A stretch of DNA of 64,000 nt from an uncultured Candidatus Saccharibacteria bacterium (GTDB lineage Bacteria > Patescibacteriota > Saccharimonadia > Saccharimonadales > CAZDQS01): the NCBI GenBank assembly GCA_964507855.1, contig CAZDQS010000003.1:85988-149987 (forward strand). The letters are read 5' to 3'. A program made the translations under genes and the position numbers. The first letter of the stretch is position 1. Every line of letters begins with the position of its first letter. The notes below the pieces were generated by a model. It was not told the origin of the DNA. It did not search any database and saw only the letters and a program-made list of their open reading frames with translations. This document shows positions 9,299 through 16,629 of this stretch, piece by piece.

Positions 9299-10108
9299 AT
9301 GAAATATCTACATCCGCAACGCCCCCATAAAGTTATCGTCCTCGTACTTGTCGTCGCGCTCGGCGTGGCCGCATACGTGCTGTGGCCATCTGGCAGTGCC
9401 AGCAACAATCCGAACGAGCAAACGAACACATCCGACTCGTCCACAGCATCAGAAGATCCGGCCGAGCAAAACGAGCATGGTAAGCAAGAACAAGGCTTCG
9501 ACAAGCAGCAGCACTCCATCGATGATCCGGCCAGCCCGTGGGTCATCGTCAACAAACAACGCCCCCTACCTGCCTCCTACGCACCCGAAGACCTACGAGC
9601 ACCTAACATCCCGCTGCGAAGAGGGTCAGGATCTGAAGAAATGTGGATGCGCGATGATGCCGCCAGCGCGCTAGAGCGGATGGCGACGGCCGCCCAAGCC
9701 GACGGTATTAACCTCATGTTGGCCAGCGGTTATCGTTCATACGGTACGCAGCAAGCACTCTACACCCGTTACGTCTCACAGGACGGCCAAGCGGCTGCCG
9801 ACCGCTATAGCGCCCGGGCCGGCCATAGTGAGCATCAAACCGGCCTCGTGGCGGATATTGCGCCAGCCAATGGGACGTGTGTCGTTGATCAGTGTTTTGC
9901 CAACACTCCCGAGGGCCAGTGGGTCGCCGCACATGCACACACCTACGGCTTTATCATCCGTTATCCGGAAGGGAAGGAGTCTATCGTCGGCTACATGTAC
10001 GAGCCGTGGCACTTGCGCTATGTCGGCGAAGCACTCGCTAGTGAGCTTGTTACCTCGGGGCAGACAGTAGAAGAGTTCTTTGGGCTTCCAGCCGCTCCTG
10101 GCTATTAA
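9299..10108 (+). CDS. D-alanyl-D-alanine carboxypeptidase, VanY/peptidase M15B family, N-terminal membrane anchor
   Basis: 269 aa with a TM 'VIVLVLVVALGVAAYVLW'. 'SGYRSYGTQQALY', 'HSEHQTGLVADI' and 'EPWHLRYVG' are the zinc-ligand motifs of M15B. Confidence 0.85.
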   Translation: MKYLHPQRPHKVIVLVLVVALGVAAYVLWPSGSASNNPNEQTNTSDSSTASEDPAEQNEHGKQEQGFDKQQHSIDDPASPWVIVNKQRPLPASYAPEDLRAPNIPLRRGSGSEEMWMRDDAASALERMATAAQADGINLMLASGYRSYGTQQALYTRYVSQDGQAAADRYSARAGHSEHQTGLVADIAPANGTCVVDQCFANTPEGQWVAAHAHTYGFIIRYPEGKESIVGYMYEPWHLRYVGEALASELVTSGQTVEEFFGLPAAPGY

Positions 10109-10110
10109 AG

Positions 10111-10998
10111 TTACTCTGTCACCGCTTCGTGGCCAACCCAGACGTACTCCCACGGTTCCGGCTCGGGCCCTTGGTTCGTCGTACCGGCCGGATAGCTCGG
10201 CACCCAGCCGGTCAGCTTGGCTTTCTCATAATTATCCGCGCTTATCCAGCGATAGCAGATGCTATCGGCAAACTGCACAAAGTAGCCTGGGTCACACATG
10301 AGGTCAACAGTGTAGCCAGTGTGGTGACGCGAGTAGCCAGGCGGGGCAGTGAGCTGGAGGGTCTTTTCGATCGCCGCATCAGCCCTGCCGGCCACAATGG
10401 CTTCGACTGTGGCCCCATTCGCATACAGCCGTTGCGTGAACAGCGTGCGCTGGTAATCAATTGAGCGGTAGGCCGACAAGAGCCTCAGGGGTATGCCATC
10501 CTCGGCCGCCAGCGCCTTGAGCTCTTTCCAACCTTCGAATGCCTTTGGCTGCAACAGATCATCGCCCTCAAGCAACGGCTCGTTGATCTTCACAATGGGC
10601 GCTACTGGCACACTGGTGCGTCGGTAGCCACGGCGCTCAGCTATCTCGATAATCTTGGCATCCGCCTCCACACTGTCGGTAATCCGCGTGGTTATCGTAA
10701 TCTCCTGGATATTCGGGTAGGCCAAGTTTTGATACAGGTTGCGGAACTCATCCGGTGCAAACTCACGGATTTTACGGGGTTTTTCTTCGACATCTTCGGG
10801 CTGCTGCTCGGGAACCGGCGTCGGACTGACCGATACAGGAGTAAGAGAGGAGATAAGTGAGTTGTCCATGCCACGCGTCATCCAAAAGACTGCCACCGCT
10901 CCTGCGAGCACAAGACTAACAGCCCCGATAGTCACATAGCGGCGTCTACCGGAGTTACGACTGCTTTTCCGCAGCTGATGCGGCTCAATGATACGCAT
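10111..10998 (-). CDS. second VanY/M15B-like D,D-carboxypeptidase, membrane anchored
   Basis: 295 aa with a TM 'IGAVSLVLAGAVAVFWM'. 'LLSAYRSIDYQRTLF', 'YSRHHTGYTVDL' and 'EPWEYVWVG' are present. It is convergent with the previous gene, with stops 2 nt apart. Confidence 0.8.
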   Translation of the reverse strand: MRIIEPHQLRKSSRNSGRRRYVTIGAVSLVLAGAVAVFWMTRGMDNSLISSLTPVSVSPTPVPEQQPEDVEEKPRKIREFAPDEFRNLYQNLAYPNIQEITITTRITDSVEADAKIIEIAERRGYRRTSVPVAPIVKINEPLLEGDDLLQPKAFEGWKELKALAAEDGIPLRLLSAYRSIDYQRTLFTQRLYANGATVEAIVAGRADAAIEKTLQLTAPPGYSRHHTGYTVDLMCDPGYFVQFADSICYRWISADNYEKAKLTGWVPSYPAGTTNQGPEPEPWEYVWVGHEAVTE

Positions 10999-11062
10999 AC
11001 TTAACCATAAGTATACTAAACAGATTGAGAAAACGCTTGCAATGAGGTAAAATAACCGGGAT

Positions 11063-11230
11063 TAATGGGACGTCGCCAAGCGTGAGAAGTGCCAGTGGCA
11101 CTTTGCAAGGCCGGAAGCCCGGCGTGGCTTGGCAGCCACCCGAGCTGAGGCGGGGTCGCGAATCCGCCAGCTGGCGGATATCGTGACAAGGCACCGAACA
11201 GGCCGGCAGGCAGCAGAACGAGTCCCATTA
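11063..11230 (+). other. GC-rich multi-hairpin element beginning with a 16-nt copy of the tRNA-Gln 5' end (degenerate tRNA-Gln copy or unclassified structured RNA)
   Basis: ATGGGACGTCGCCAAG at 11065-11080 equals 11261-11276. The ends pair (TAATGGGAC 11063-71 with GTCCCATTA 11222-30). Hairpins: AAGTG-CCAGTGG-CACTT (11087-11103), GTGGCT-TGGC-AGCCAC (11124-39) and a 14-bp stem at 11155-11187. 'AAGGCACCG' is shared with the tRNA. Confidence 0.35.
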
Positions 11231-11261
11231 AGATAGTTGATATACTTCTTTTGGTTGTTGA

Positions 11262-11336
11262 TGGGACGTCGCCAAGTGGTAAGGCACCGGGTTTTGGTCC
11301 CGGCATTCGGGGGTTCGAATCCCTCCGTCCCAGCCA
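11262..11336 (+). tRNA. tRNA-Gln (anticodon UUG), CCA encoded
   Basis: TGGGACG-TC-GCC-AAGTGGTAA-GGC-A-CCGGG-TTTTGGT-CCCGG-CATTC-GGGGG-TTCGAAT-CCCTC-CGTCCCA-G-CCA folds as a cloverleaf. It is close to the E. coli tRNA-Gln sequence as I recall it. Confidence 0.9.
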
Positions 11337-11380
11337 AAGAATAAGCACTATGCCCGTGTGGTATGGTGCTTATTCTTTTT
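11337..11380 (+). terminator. rho-independent terminator after tRNA-Gln
   Basis: AAGAATAAGCAC (11337-48) pairs with GTGCTTATTCTT (11366-77), followed by TTT. Confidence 0.75.
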
Positions 11381-11404
11381 GTCTTGTAGGTAAGGAATTC
11401 GAAC

Positions 11405-11502
11405 GGGAGTGCCAGTGACACTCCCCGGCACCCCTGCCTGAAAGATGCCGGTGGCATGTTTCAGGTGGCTGTTCGCAAAACTATTTTTTGTTTTGCCAGC
11501 CA
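11405..11502 (+). other. three consecutive strong hairpins preceding the displaced tRNA-Gln 3' fragment
   Basis: GGAGTG-CCAGTGA-CACTCC (11405-23) has the same loop family as 11087-11103. CCTGAAAgATGCC-GGT-GGCATgtTTTCAGG lies at 11436-65. TGGCTG-ttc-GCAAAAC-tatttttt-GTTTTGC-CAGCCA lies at 11466-502. Confidence 0.35.
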
Positions 11503-11504
11503 GG

Positions 11505-11529
11505 CGAATCCCTCCGTCCCAGCCAAAGA
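11505..11529 (+). repeat. 25-nt direct repeat of the tRNA-Gln 3' end (att-like scar)
   Basis: CGAATCCCTCCGTCCCAGCCAAAGA at 11505-11529 is identical to 11316-11340 (T loop to 4 nt past CCA). It lies 17 nt from the first island gene. Confidence 0.85.
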
Positions 11530-11546
11530 GAACACACGGGATTGTG

Positions 11547-12251
11547 CTAGATAATTTGCAGCTCTAGTTTTTCTTTAGTCTTTTGCCAACCAGGGAATTT
11601 TAATTCAAGCAGCTGATAAAATTTTGCGTCATGATTTTTATACTTCATGTGACATAGCTCATGCGTAATTACATAATCGATCGCTTCTTTTGGTGCTTGA
11701 ATAAGTAAAGGGTTGAGGACGATACGTTCACCCTTCACATAGCTTCCCCAGCGTTTAGCCATAGCTCGCACAGTAAGCTCGGGCTTAGTTTTATAATCAA
11801 ATTTTTTGAGCATTTCCTCATAACGATCATTGAAAATAATGTGACGGCGCTTCTTATACCAACGATCTAGTAGCAGGCGATTACGCCCACCGTCGTTTGT
11901 TGCTTTGGTCGTCGTAATAGTTAATTTGCCCTTGCTTAGTGCAACGGAGTTTTTCTCACCGGAAGTCACTACTAACTTATATTGTCTTCCGAGATAGTAG
12001 AAGCTCTCGCCAGACACATATTCTTTTGCGTAATGCTTACGACGATATTTCTCAAAAAACGTGAGCTGCTTATTCAGCCACATCCATTTCTTCTTTAAGA
12101 ATGATTCAATTCGCTCGTCACTCGCACCCTCTGGAGCTTTGAGTGTAATCGTGAGACAAGGCTCAACAGTTAGACTGAGCGTTTTGCGATCTTGTCTAAT
12201 GAGTCCGTATTTATAACGGTGAGTGCCATAAATGAATGTCCGCTCAATCAT
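11547..12251 (-). CDS. DUF45/YgjP-like HExxH metallopeptidase (M48-type), R-M associated
   Basis: 234 aa with 'ITHELCHMKYKNHDAKF' near the C-terminus. Its start overlaps the hsdR stop by 4 nt. Confidence 0.8.
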   Translation of the reverse strand: MIERTFIYGTHRYKYGLIRQDRKTLSLTVEPCLTITLKAPEGASDERIESFLKKKWMWLNKQLTFFEKYRRKHYAKEYVSGESFYYLGRQYKLVVTSGEKNSVALSKGKLTITTTKATNDGGRNRLLLDRWYKKRRHIIFNDRYEEMLKKFDYKTKPELTVRAMAKRWGSYVKGERIVLNPLLIQAPKEAIDYVITHELCHMKYKNHDAKFYQLLELKFPGWQKTKEKLELQII

Positions 12252-15200
12252 TTAACGAAATTTTCGTGGTTGTTCTCAGCGAGTCTCATGACGGTTTCTA
12301 CGATCTCGTCAATTTGCTCAGCTGAAACATCCAATCCACGACCCACCTTAAGTTCGTCATATACATAATCATCGATACTGTTTCTCATAACTCGCTTCAT
12401 TTCGTGATTCTTCCACCAGTCGACTCGAGCATTTTTGCTTAGTATCTGATATATATCAAGTACAGATTCAACAAATTCATCCTCATTCAAATGAATCAAA
12501 TCCTTCAAGTTTCGATACAGTACATCGGCGCCGTCAGTTTGTGTGATTTTTTCAGGCAAGGAATCATCTTTTTTGTTGAGAACTTCGTCGGTAATCAGCT
12601 TGAGCTGCTTCAGCGCCTCAATGTCGGCTAGCTTCTTCGCGCGCATTTCTTCCAGTATTTGACTAATTTTCTTCGAGAATTTGCCATAGAACTCTGGGTC
12701 AGTTTCAAACTTCTCAGTAATAGTGCGCTTGGTTTGCGCTGCAATTGCTTCAGCTTTGGACTTATCCGAACCAAGATCCTCAATAGCCCGATCAAACACT
12801 TCTTTGTCAGTTATATTTATTTCTTCAGTTAGAAGCTCCGCTTCTTCAGCTTTAATGTTGTCATCGAGGATTTTGATTAGTGTGTTCTTGTACTTAGAAT
12901 AATCAACTCGCTCGTCGTGCATTAAAGTCGCCGACTTACGTAGCTCCATAAATTTCTTTAGCTCTTTGCGGTATAGATCGAGATCGTCAAACTCATGAGC
13001 AAAATCCTGCAGAACCATACACTCACCAAACTCGCGCATAAATTTATTGAGTGCGGCATAAAACTCTTTGCGCGTCGGATCATCTTTTAGGTGTTGTAGG
13101 TATGCTTCGTCATCGCTCGGAACATTATTAAATATGTCGTGAAGCGCAGCGTAGCTTGCCTCAAGATCGTTGATCTTCTCATTTACATCAATCAAGGCAC
13201 CTTTAACATCCTCTTCATCGTAGTTGCCAAATAACGCCATGGCTGTATGTATATTTTCGGCATTTTCAGAATAGTCGATGATATATCCAGCAGTCTTTGG
13301 TAGTGTGGGATTGTCATAGAGTCGGTTAACACGCGCGATAGCTTGCAGTAGGTTATGATCTTTGAGTTCTTTGGCAAGATATAGAACAGTATTTCGCGGC
13401 GCATCAAAGCCGGTGAGTAGTTTATCTACTACGATGAGGATTTCAATGCCTTCATCATTGTATTTAAAGCTATCGATTACTTCTTTTTCGTAGCTCAGCA
13501 GGCTTTGATATTTATCTTTTATGTCCTTAAGGTATGCTTCGACTTCTTTTTTATGCTCGTCTTTATCGTCTATGATGCCGTTTTCATCAGAGATGACGAG
13601 TGCTGTATTAATCTTGCCGCTATCCTTAAAGTACTTTTGAAATAGCATTGCCGAAAACTTAGACGGTGCAACAATCTGAGCCTTTAAGCCGAAGCCTTGG
13701 AACCGATCTATGTAGTGCTTCTCAATATCGTACGCTATCTCGGTAATACGCTTAGGGTTATCCTTGATGAGCTTCTTCTCGACATTTTTTTGAAGCTGCG
13801 CCTTTTGCTCGTCGCTCAAGTCAGCGGTTAGCCTATCAGTAAGACGATCAATCTCATCTTTATCTTGCTTTAGGTCAACATAGCGTCCTTCATAAATGAG
13901 CGGCAATACGATGTTGTCTTCAAGCGCGTCATCAATGGTGTATTTATCTATGAAATCGCCGAACTTTTGTCGAGACTTTTCATTTTTCAAAAGTGGAGTA
14001 CCAGTGAACGCTATATAGCAAGCATTTGGAATCGTCCGAGTCATCTCGATATTAGCTTCACCATGCTGAGAACGGTGGGCTTCGTCGATCAATACAAATA
14101 TATTCTGACCTTCATCAATAAAGTCTGCTCGCTTGCGTGAGGCAGATTGAAATTTATGAATTAGCGTCGTAATAACGCTAGTATCCTTTTCTTTGATCAT
14201 CTTAAGCAGGTCTTCGCCGCTTCTGGCTTGTTTAACCTTCTTTTTTAGCCCGGCGTTTTTGAACGTGCCAAGGATTTGTCTATCGAGGTCTTTTCGGTCG
14301 GTAACAATCAAAATTCTGGGGTTTGTTATGCACGGATCTTCAATTAAGGCGCGTACAAACATGACCATGGTGAGCGACTTACCAGAGCCTTGGGTATGCC
14401 AGATAATACCACCCTTTCGGCGTTCGCCATGCTGGGTGGGTTCTTTTTCTTCTATACGCTTCAGTGCCTTGTTGATAGCAAAGTACTGCTGGTAACGCAT
14501 AACTTTCTTTTGGGCTCCATCATATAGTATGTAGTTTTTCGTAATGTCTAGCAGGCGCTCGGGCGCAAGCATTGCAACGGCAGTTCGGTCTTGCTCAGTT
14601 GGCTTGCGGCTTAGTTTCTGTTTATGTCCATGAGTTGAGCCATTTAAATCTAGAAGAAGCTGCGCATATGTTGCGTCATCGATCTTTTTACTAAGCAGGC
14701 TAGCAATACGGTCCTCCAGGTCTTGTTCTGACATTTCACGTTCGCGCCAATTGGCATAAAACTCAGCAGGCGTGCCGGTAGTACCGTAGCGTACTTCTTT
14801 GCCATTCGATGCCAACAATAACTGAGGATATATGAAGAAGCGGGGGCTATAATCCGGGCCTTGGTTGCGCACCATTTGGTTTATGGCGTCAGCTACATCA
14901 ACACTCGACTTCTTGTTTTCTATAACAGCAAACGGTATGCCGTTTACATAGCAAACAACGTCAGGTCGACGAGTACCAGACTTAGCACTGACTTCAACTT
15001 CTACTGCAACGTGGTAGACATTGTTTTCTGGGTGTTCGAAGTCGATAAATCTAAAGCTCTTGGATTCATATTTACCATCATGGAACACCCGGATAGTTTT
15101 GCCACCTTTTAGTGGCATGATGGTGTTATATACGGCTTTAGATGTGTCGATCAATCCTTCAAACTGAATATTCTCTAACTCGTCGATCGCTTCTGCAACA

Positions 15201-15421
15201 TCCTTTTCACTGAACTTATACTCTTTTCCGTGGTGTTCGTAGCCATTTATTCGCATTAAAACATCGGCAGCGATGTCTTTGAGTAGGTAATATGAAGGGT
15301 CGTTGTTACGCTGAGCCATCAACTGTTTTGTTGGCAAATAGGTATAGCCCATGTTGATCAGCAGCTCAACTAAAGGCAGTTGAGACTGTCTGGCTTCATC
15401 AAAATTAATATTTTCAAGCAT
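12248..15421 (-). CDS. hsdR: type I restriction endonuclease subunit R
   Basis: 1057 aa. It has an N-terminal PD-(D/E)xK 'PDVVCYVNGIPFAVIENKK', Walker A 'TQGSGKSLTMV' and DEAH 'LIDEAHRSQHG'. It overlaps hsdS by 8 nt. Confidence 0.93.
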   Translation of the reverse strand: MLENINFDEARQSQLPLVELLINMGYTYLPTKQLMAQRNNDPSYYLLKDIAADVLMRINGYEHHGKEYKFSEKDVAEAIDELENIQFEGLIDTSKAVYNTIMPLKGGKTIRVFHDGKYESKSFRFIDFEHPENNVYHVAVEVEVSAKSGTRRPDVVCYVNGIPFAVIENKKSSVDVADAINQMVRNQGPDYSPRFFIYPQLLLASNGKEVRYGTTGTPAEFYANWREREMSEQDLEDRIASLLSKKIDDATYAQLLLDLNGSTHGHKQKLSRKPTEQDRTAVAMLAPERLLDITKNYILYDGAQKKVMRYQQYFAINKALKRIEEKEPTQHGERRKGGIIWHTQGSGKSLTMVMFVRALIEDPCITNPRILIVTDRKDLDRQILGTFKNAGLKKKVKQARSGEDLLKMIKEKDTSVITTLIHKFQSASRKRADFIDEGQNIFVLIDEAHRSQHGEANIEMTRTIPNACYIAFTGTPLLKNEKSRQKFGDFIDKYTIDDALEDNIVLPLIYEGRYVDLKQDKDEIDRLTDRLTADLSDEQKAQLQKNVEKKLIKDNPKRITEIAYDIEKHYIDRFQGFGLKAQIVAPSKFSAMLFQKYFKDSGKINTALVISDENGIIDDKDEHKKEVEAYLKDIKDKYQSLLSYEKEVIDSFKYNDEGIEILIVVDKLLTGFDAPRNTVLYLAKELKDHNLLQAIARVNRLYDNPTLPKTAGYIIDYSENAENIHTAMALFGNYDEEDVKGALIDVNEKINDLEASYAALHDIFNNVPSDDEAYLQHLKDDPTRKEFYAALNKFMREFGECMVLQDFAHEFDDLDLYRKELKKFMELRKSATLMHDERVDYSKYKNTLIKILDDNIKAEEAELLTEEINITDKEVFDRAIEDLGSDKSKAEAIAAQTKRTITEKFETDPEFYGKFSKKISQILEEMRAKKLADIEALKQLKLITDEVLNKKDDSLPEKITQTDGADVLYRNLKDLIHLNEDEFVESVLDIYQILSKNARVDWWKNHEMKRVMRNSIDDYVYDELKVGRGLDVSAEQIDEIVETVMRLAENNHENFVK

Positions 15422-16628
15422 GAACGGCCTCCTTGGTCTCTACGGATTCGGGAACTCTTATTTTCCCCGAAACTAAATTATTGAGTAGGTACTTTTTTTG
15501 ATTAATTAAATTACGCTTCTTTTGTATTAGTAAATCAATTTCACTATCAATACTGCCAATAATGTGTGCTATTTTTTTCTGTTCTTCAATTTCCGGCAGG
15601 ATAATATCAATTTTTTCGACATCTTTCTTTGAGAATTCTAAAAAGGTGCTTCCTTGGCTTATTCGAACAAAAGCTTTTCTGTTGTTAAGTACCCAATAGT
15701 ATAAAAATTCTATATCTATGTCTTGTTTCGGCACTAAGTTTTTAAACCCTTGATTGGTTGAGATTTCAAACTTGTTAATAGAACACTCTGCTATTGTGGC
15801 ACGAGAACATAAAATCAAAGATCCTGGCGGAATTATTTGTGCAGAACTTGATAATAAACCGGCCATGGTAATAGTTTTGTCTGTATTTTTTTCAATATAT
15901 TTACCAAGTTTGGTGATTTCAGATGGTGTTATCCAATTTATATCCCCGCCCCAGTAACTAGTATTCTCAGTGCTTGGCGTTCCGCCAGAAATAATATCGA
16001 CATACTGACCAAGTTTGCCAGGATTCCACTTTCTATTAAATCCTGGCAGGCGAGTTTTGCCAGTAAGAAGCTGTTGCATCAAGCCCTTCTTGATATTTTT
16101 CTTTATCTCAATCTTCCGGTCGAGTTTCTCGAGATACTCATCCCAAGTTTGTAGAATATTGACGACGCGCGTCTGTATTTGAACCGAAGGGATACGAAGC
16201 TTAAGCTTTGCCATATCCGATCCATAAAGATGAAACACCGTTGATCCAGAAACTAAGCGTAGTATTTGATGTTTGTTCGCGGTAATTAAGTAGGCGAGAT
16301 ACAGGCCGTATAATTTTTCTGAATCAGGCCTAATGATCAGGATATCCCCGCCGAGCACTACGTTCGACTTACCGATGAAGCTGGCAGTTGCAAGCCCCCT
16401 GGGAGTTACATCCGAGGTAGGCATTAATACATCGTTGTCCTTGGATAAAAAGGCCCCATTCAGTGAATCTGTTCTGCTAAGTATTTTATTTATATTTTCC
16501 TTATATGCAGTGAAGAGCTCTCCGTAATGAATACATTCATATTTACCATCTTCCAGTATCTTGCTTTTTGGTAATCCCTTGCCTTTGTGAAAAGTTGCAA
16601 TTTCACCCAAAGTTGTTTCATGCCACAT
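15414..16628 (-). CDS. hsdS: type I R-M specificity subunit S (two target-recognition domains)
   Basis: 404 aa. Two TRDs are separated by the conserved helix 'WDEYLEKLDRKIEIKKNIKKGLMQQLLTGKTRLPGF', and the C-terminal helix is 'IDLLIQKKRNLINQKKYLLNNLVSGKIRV'. Confidence 0.9.
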   Translation of the reverse strand: MWHETTLGEIATFHKGKGLPKSKILEDGKYECIHYGELFTAYKENINKILSRTDSLNGAFLSKDNDVLMPTSDVTPRGLATASFIGKSNVVLGGDILIIRPDSEKLYGLYLAYLITANKHQILRLVSGSTVFHLYGSDMAKLKLRIPSVQIQTRVVNILQTWDEYLEKLDRKIEIKKNIKKGLMQQLLTGKTRLPGFNRKWNPGKLGQYVDIISGGTPSTENTSYWGGDINWITPSEITKLGKYIEKNTDKTITMAGLLSSSAQIIPPGSLILCSRATIAECSINKFEISTNQGFKNLVPKQDIDIEFLYYWVLNNRKAFVRISQGSTFLEFSKKDVEKIDIILPEIEEQKKIAHIIGSIDSEIDLLIQKKRNLINQKKYLLNNLVSGKIRVPESVETKEAVHA

Positions 16629-16629
16629 A

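Noticed and set aside
9235-9555. The hydrolase ORF has a Cys-rich N-terminal extension (MECCCLSKPCSCLPCSFC...).
   Set aside because: It runs across the divergent VanY gene start and promoter region, and hydrolase-like sequence only begins near MAKRKEK (ATG 9234). It is probably just an open frame, not translated.
11063-11230. I considered the upstream tRNA-Gln-flanking element as SRP RNA, 6S RNA, tmRNA or an intron-containing tRNA.
   Set aside because: CAGGCCGGCAGGCAGCAG resembles SRP helix 8 (CAGGUCCGGAAGGAAGCAG). However, its tetraloop is GGCA rather than GNRA, and it sits near the 3' end rather than at a hairpin apex. The two arms do not pair as in 6S RNA. There is no tmRNA-like T arm/ACCA end. 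Removing any insert does not leave a foldable anticodon or T arm.
11016-11457. Minus-strand ORFs of 110-131 aa overlap the tRNA-Gln region, and ORF 57643..57834 overlaps tRNA-Asn.
   Set aside because: They overlap tRNA genes and structured repeats, and they have no SD or protein-like features.
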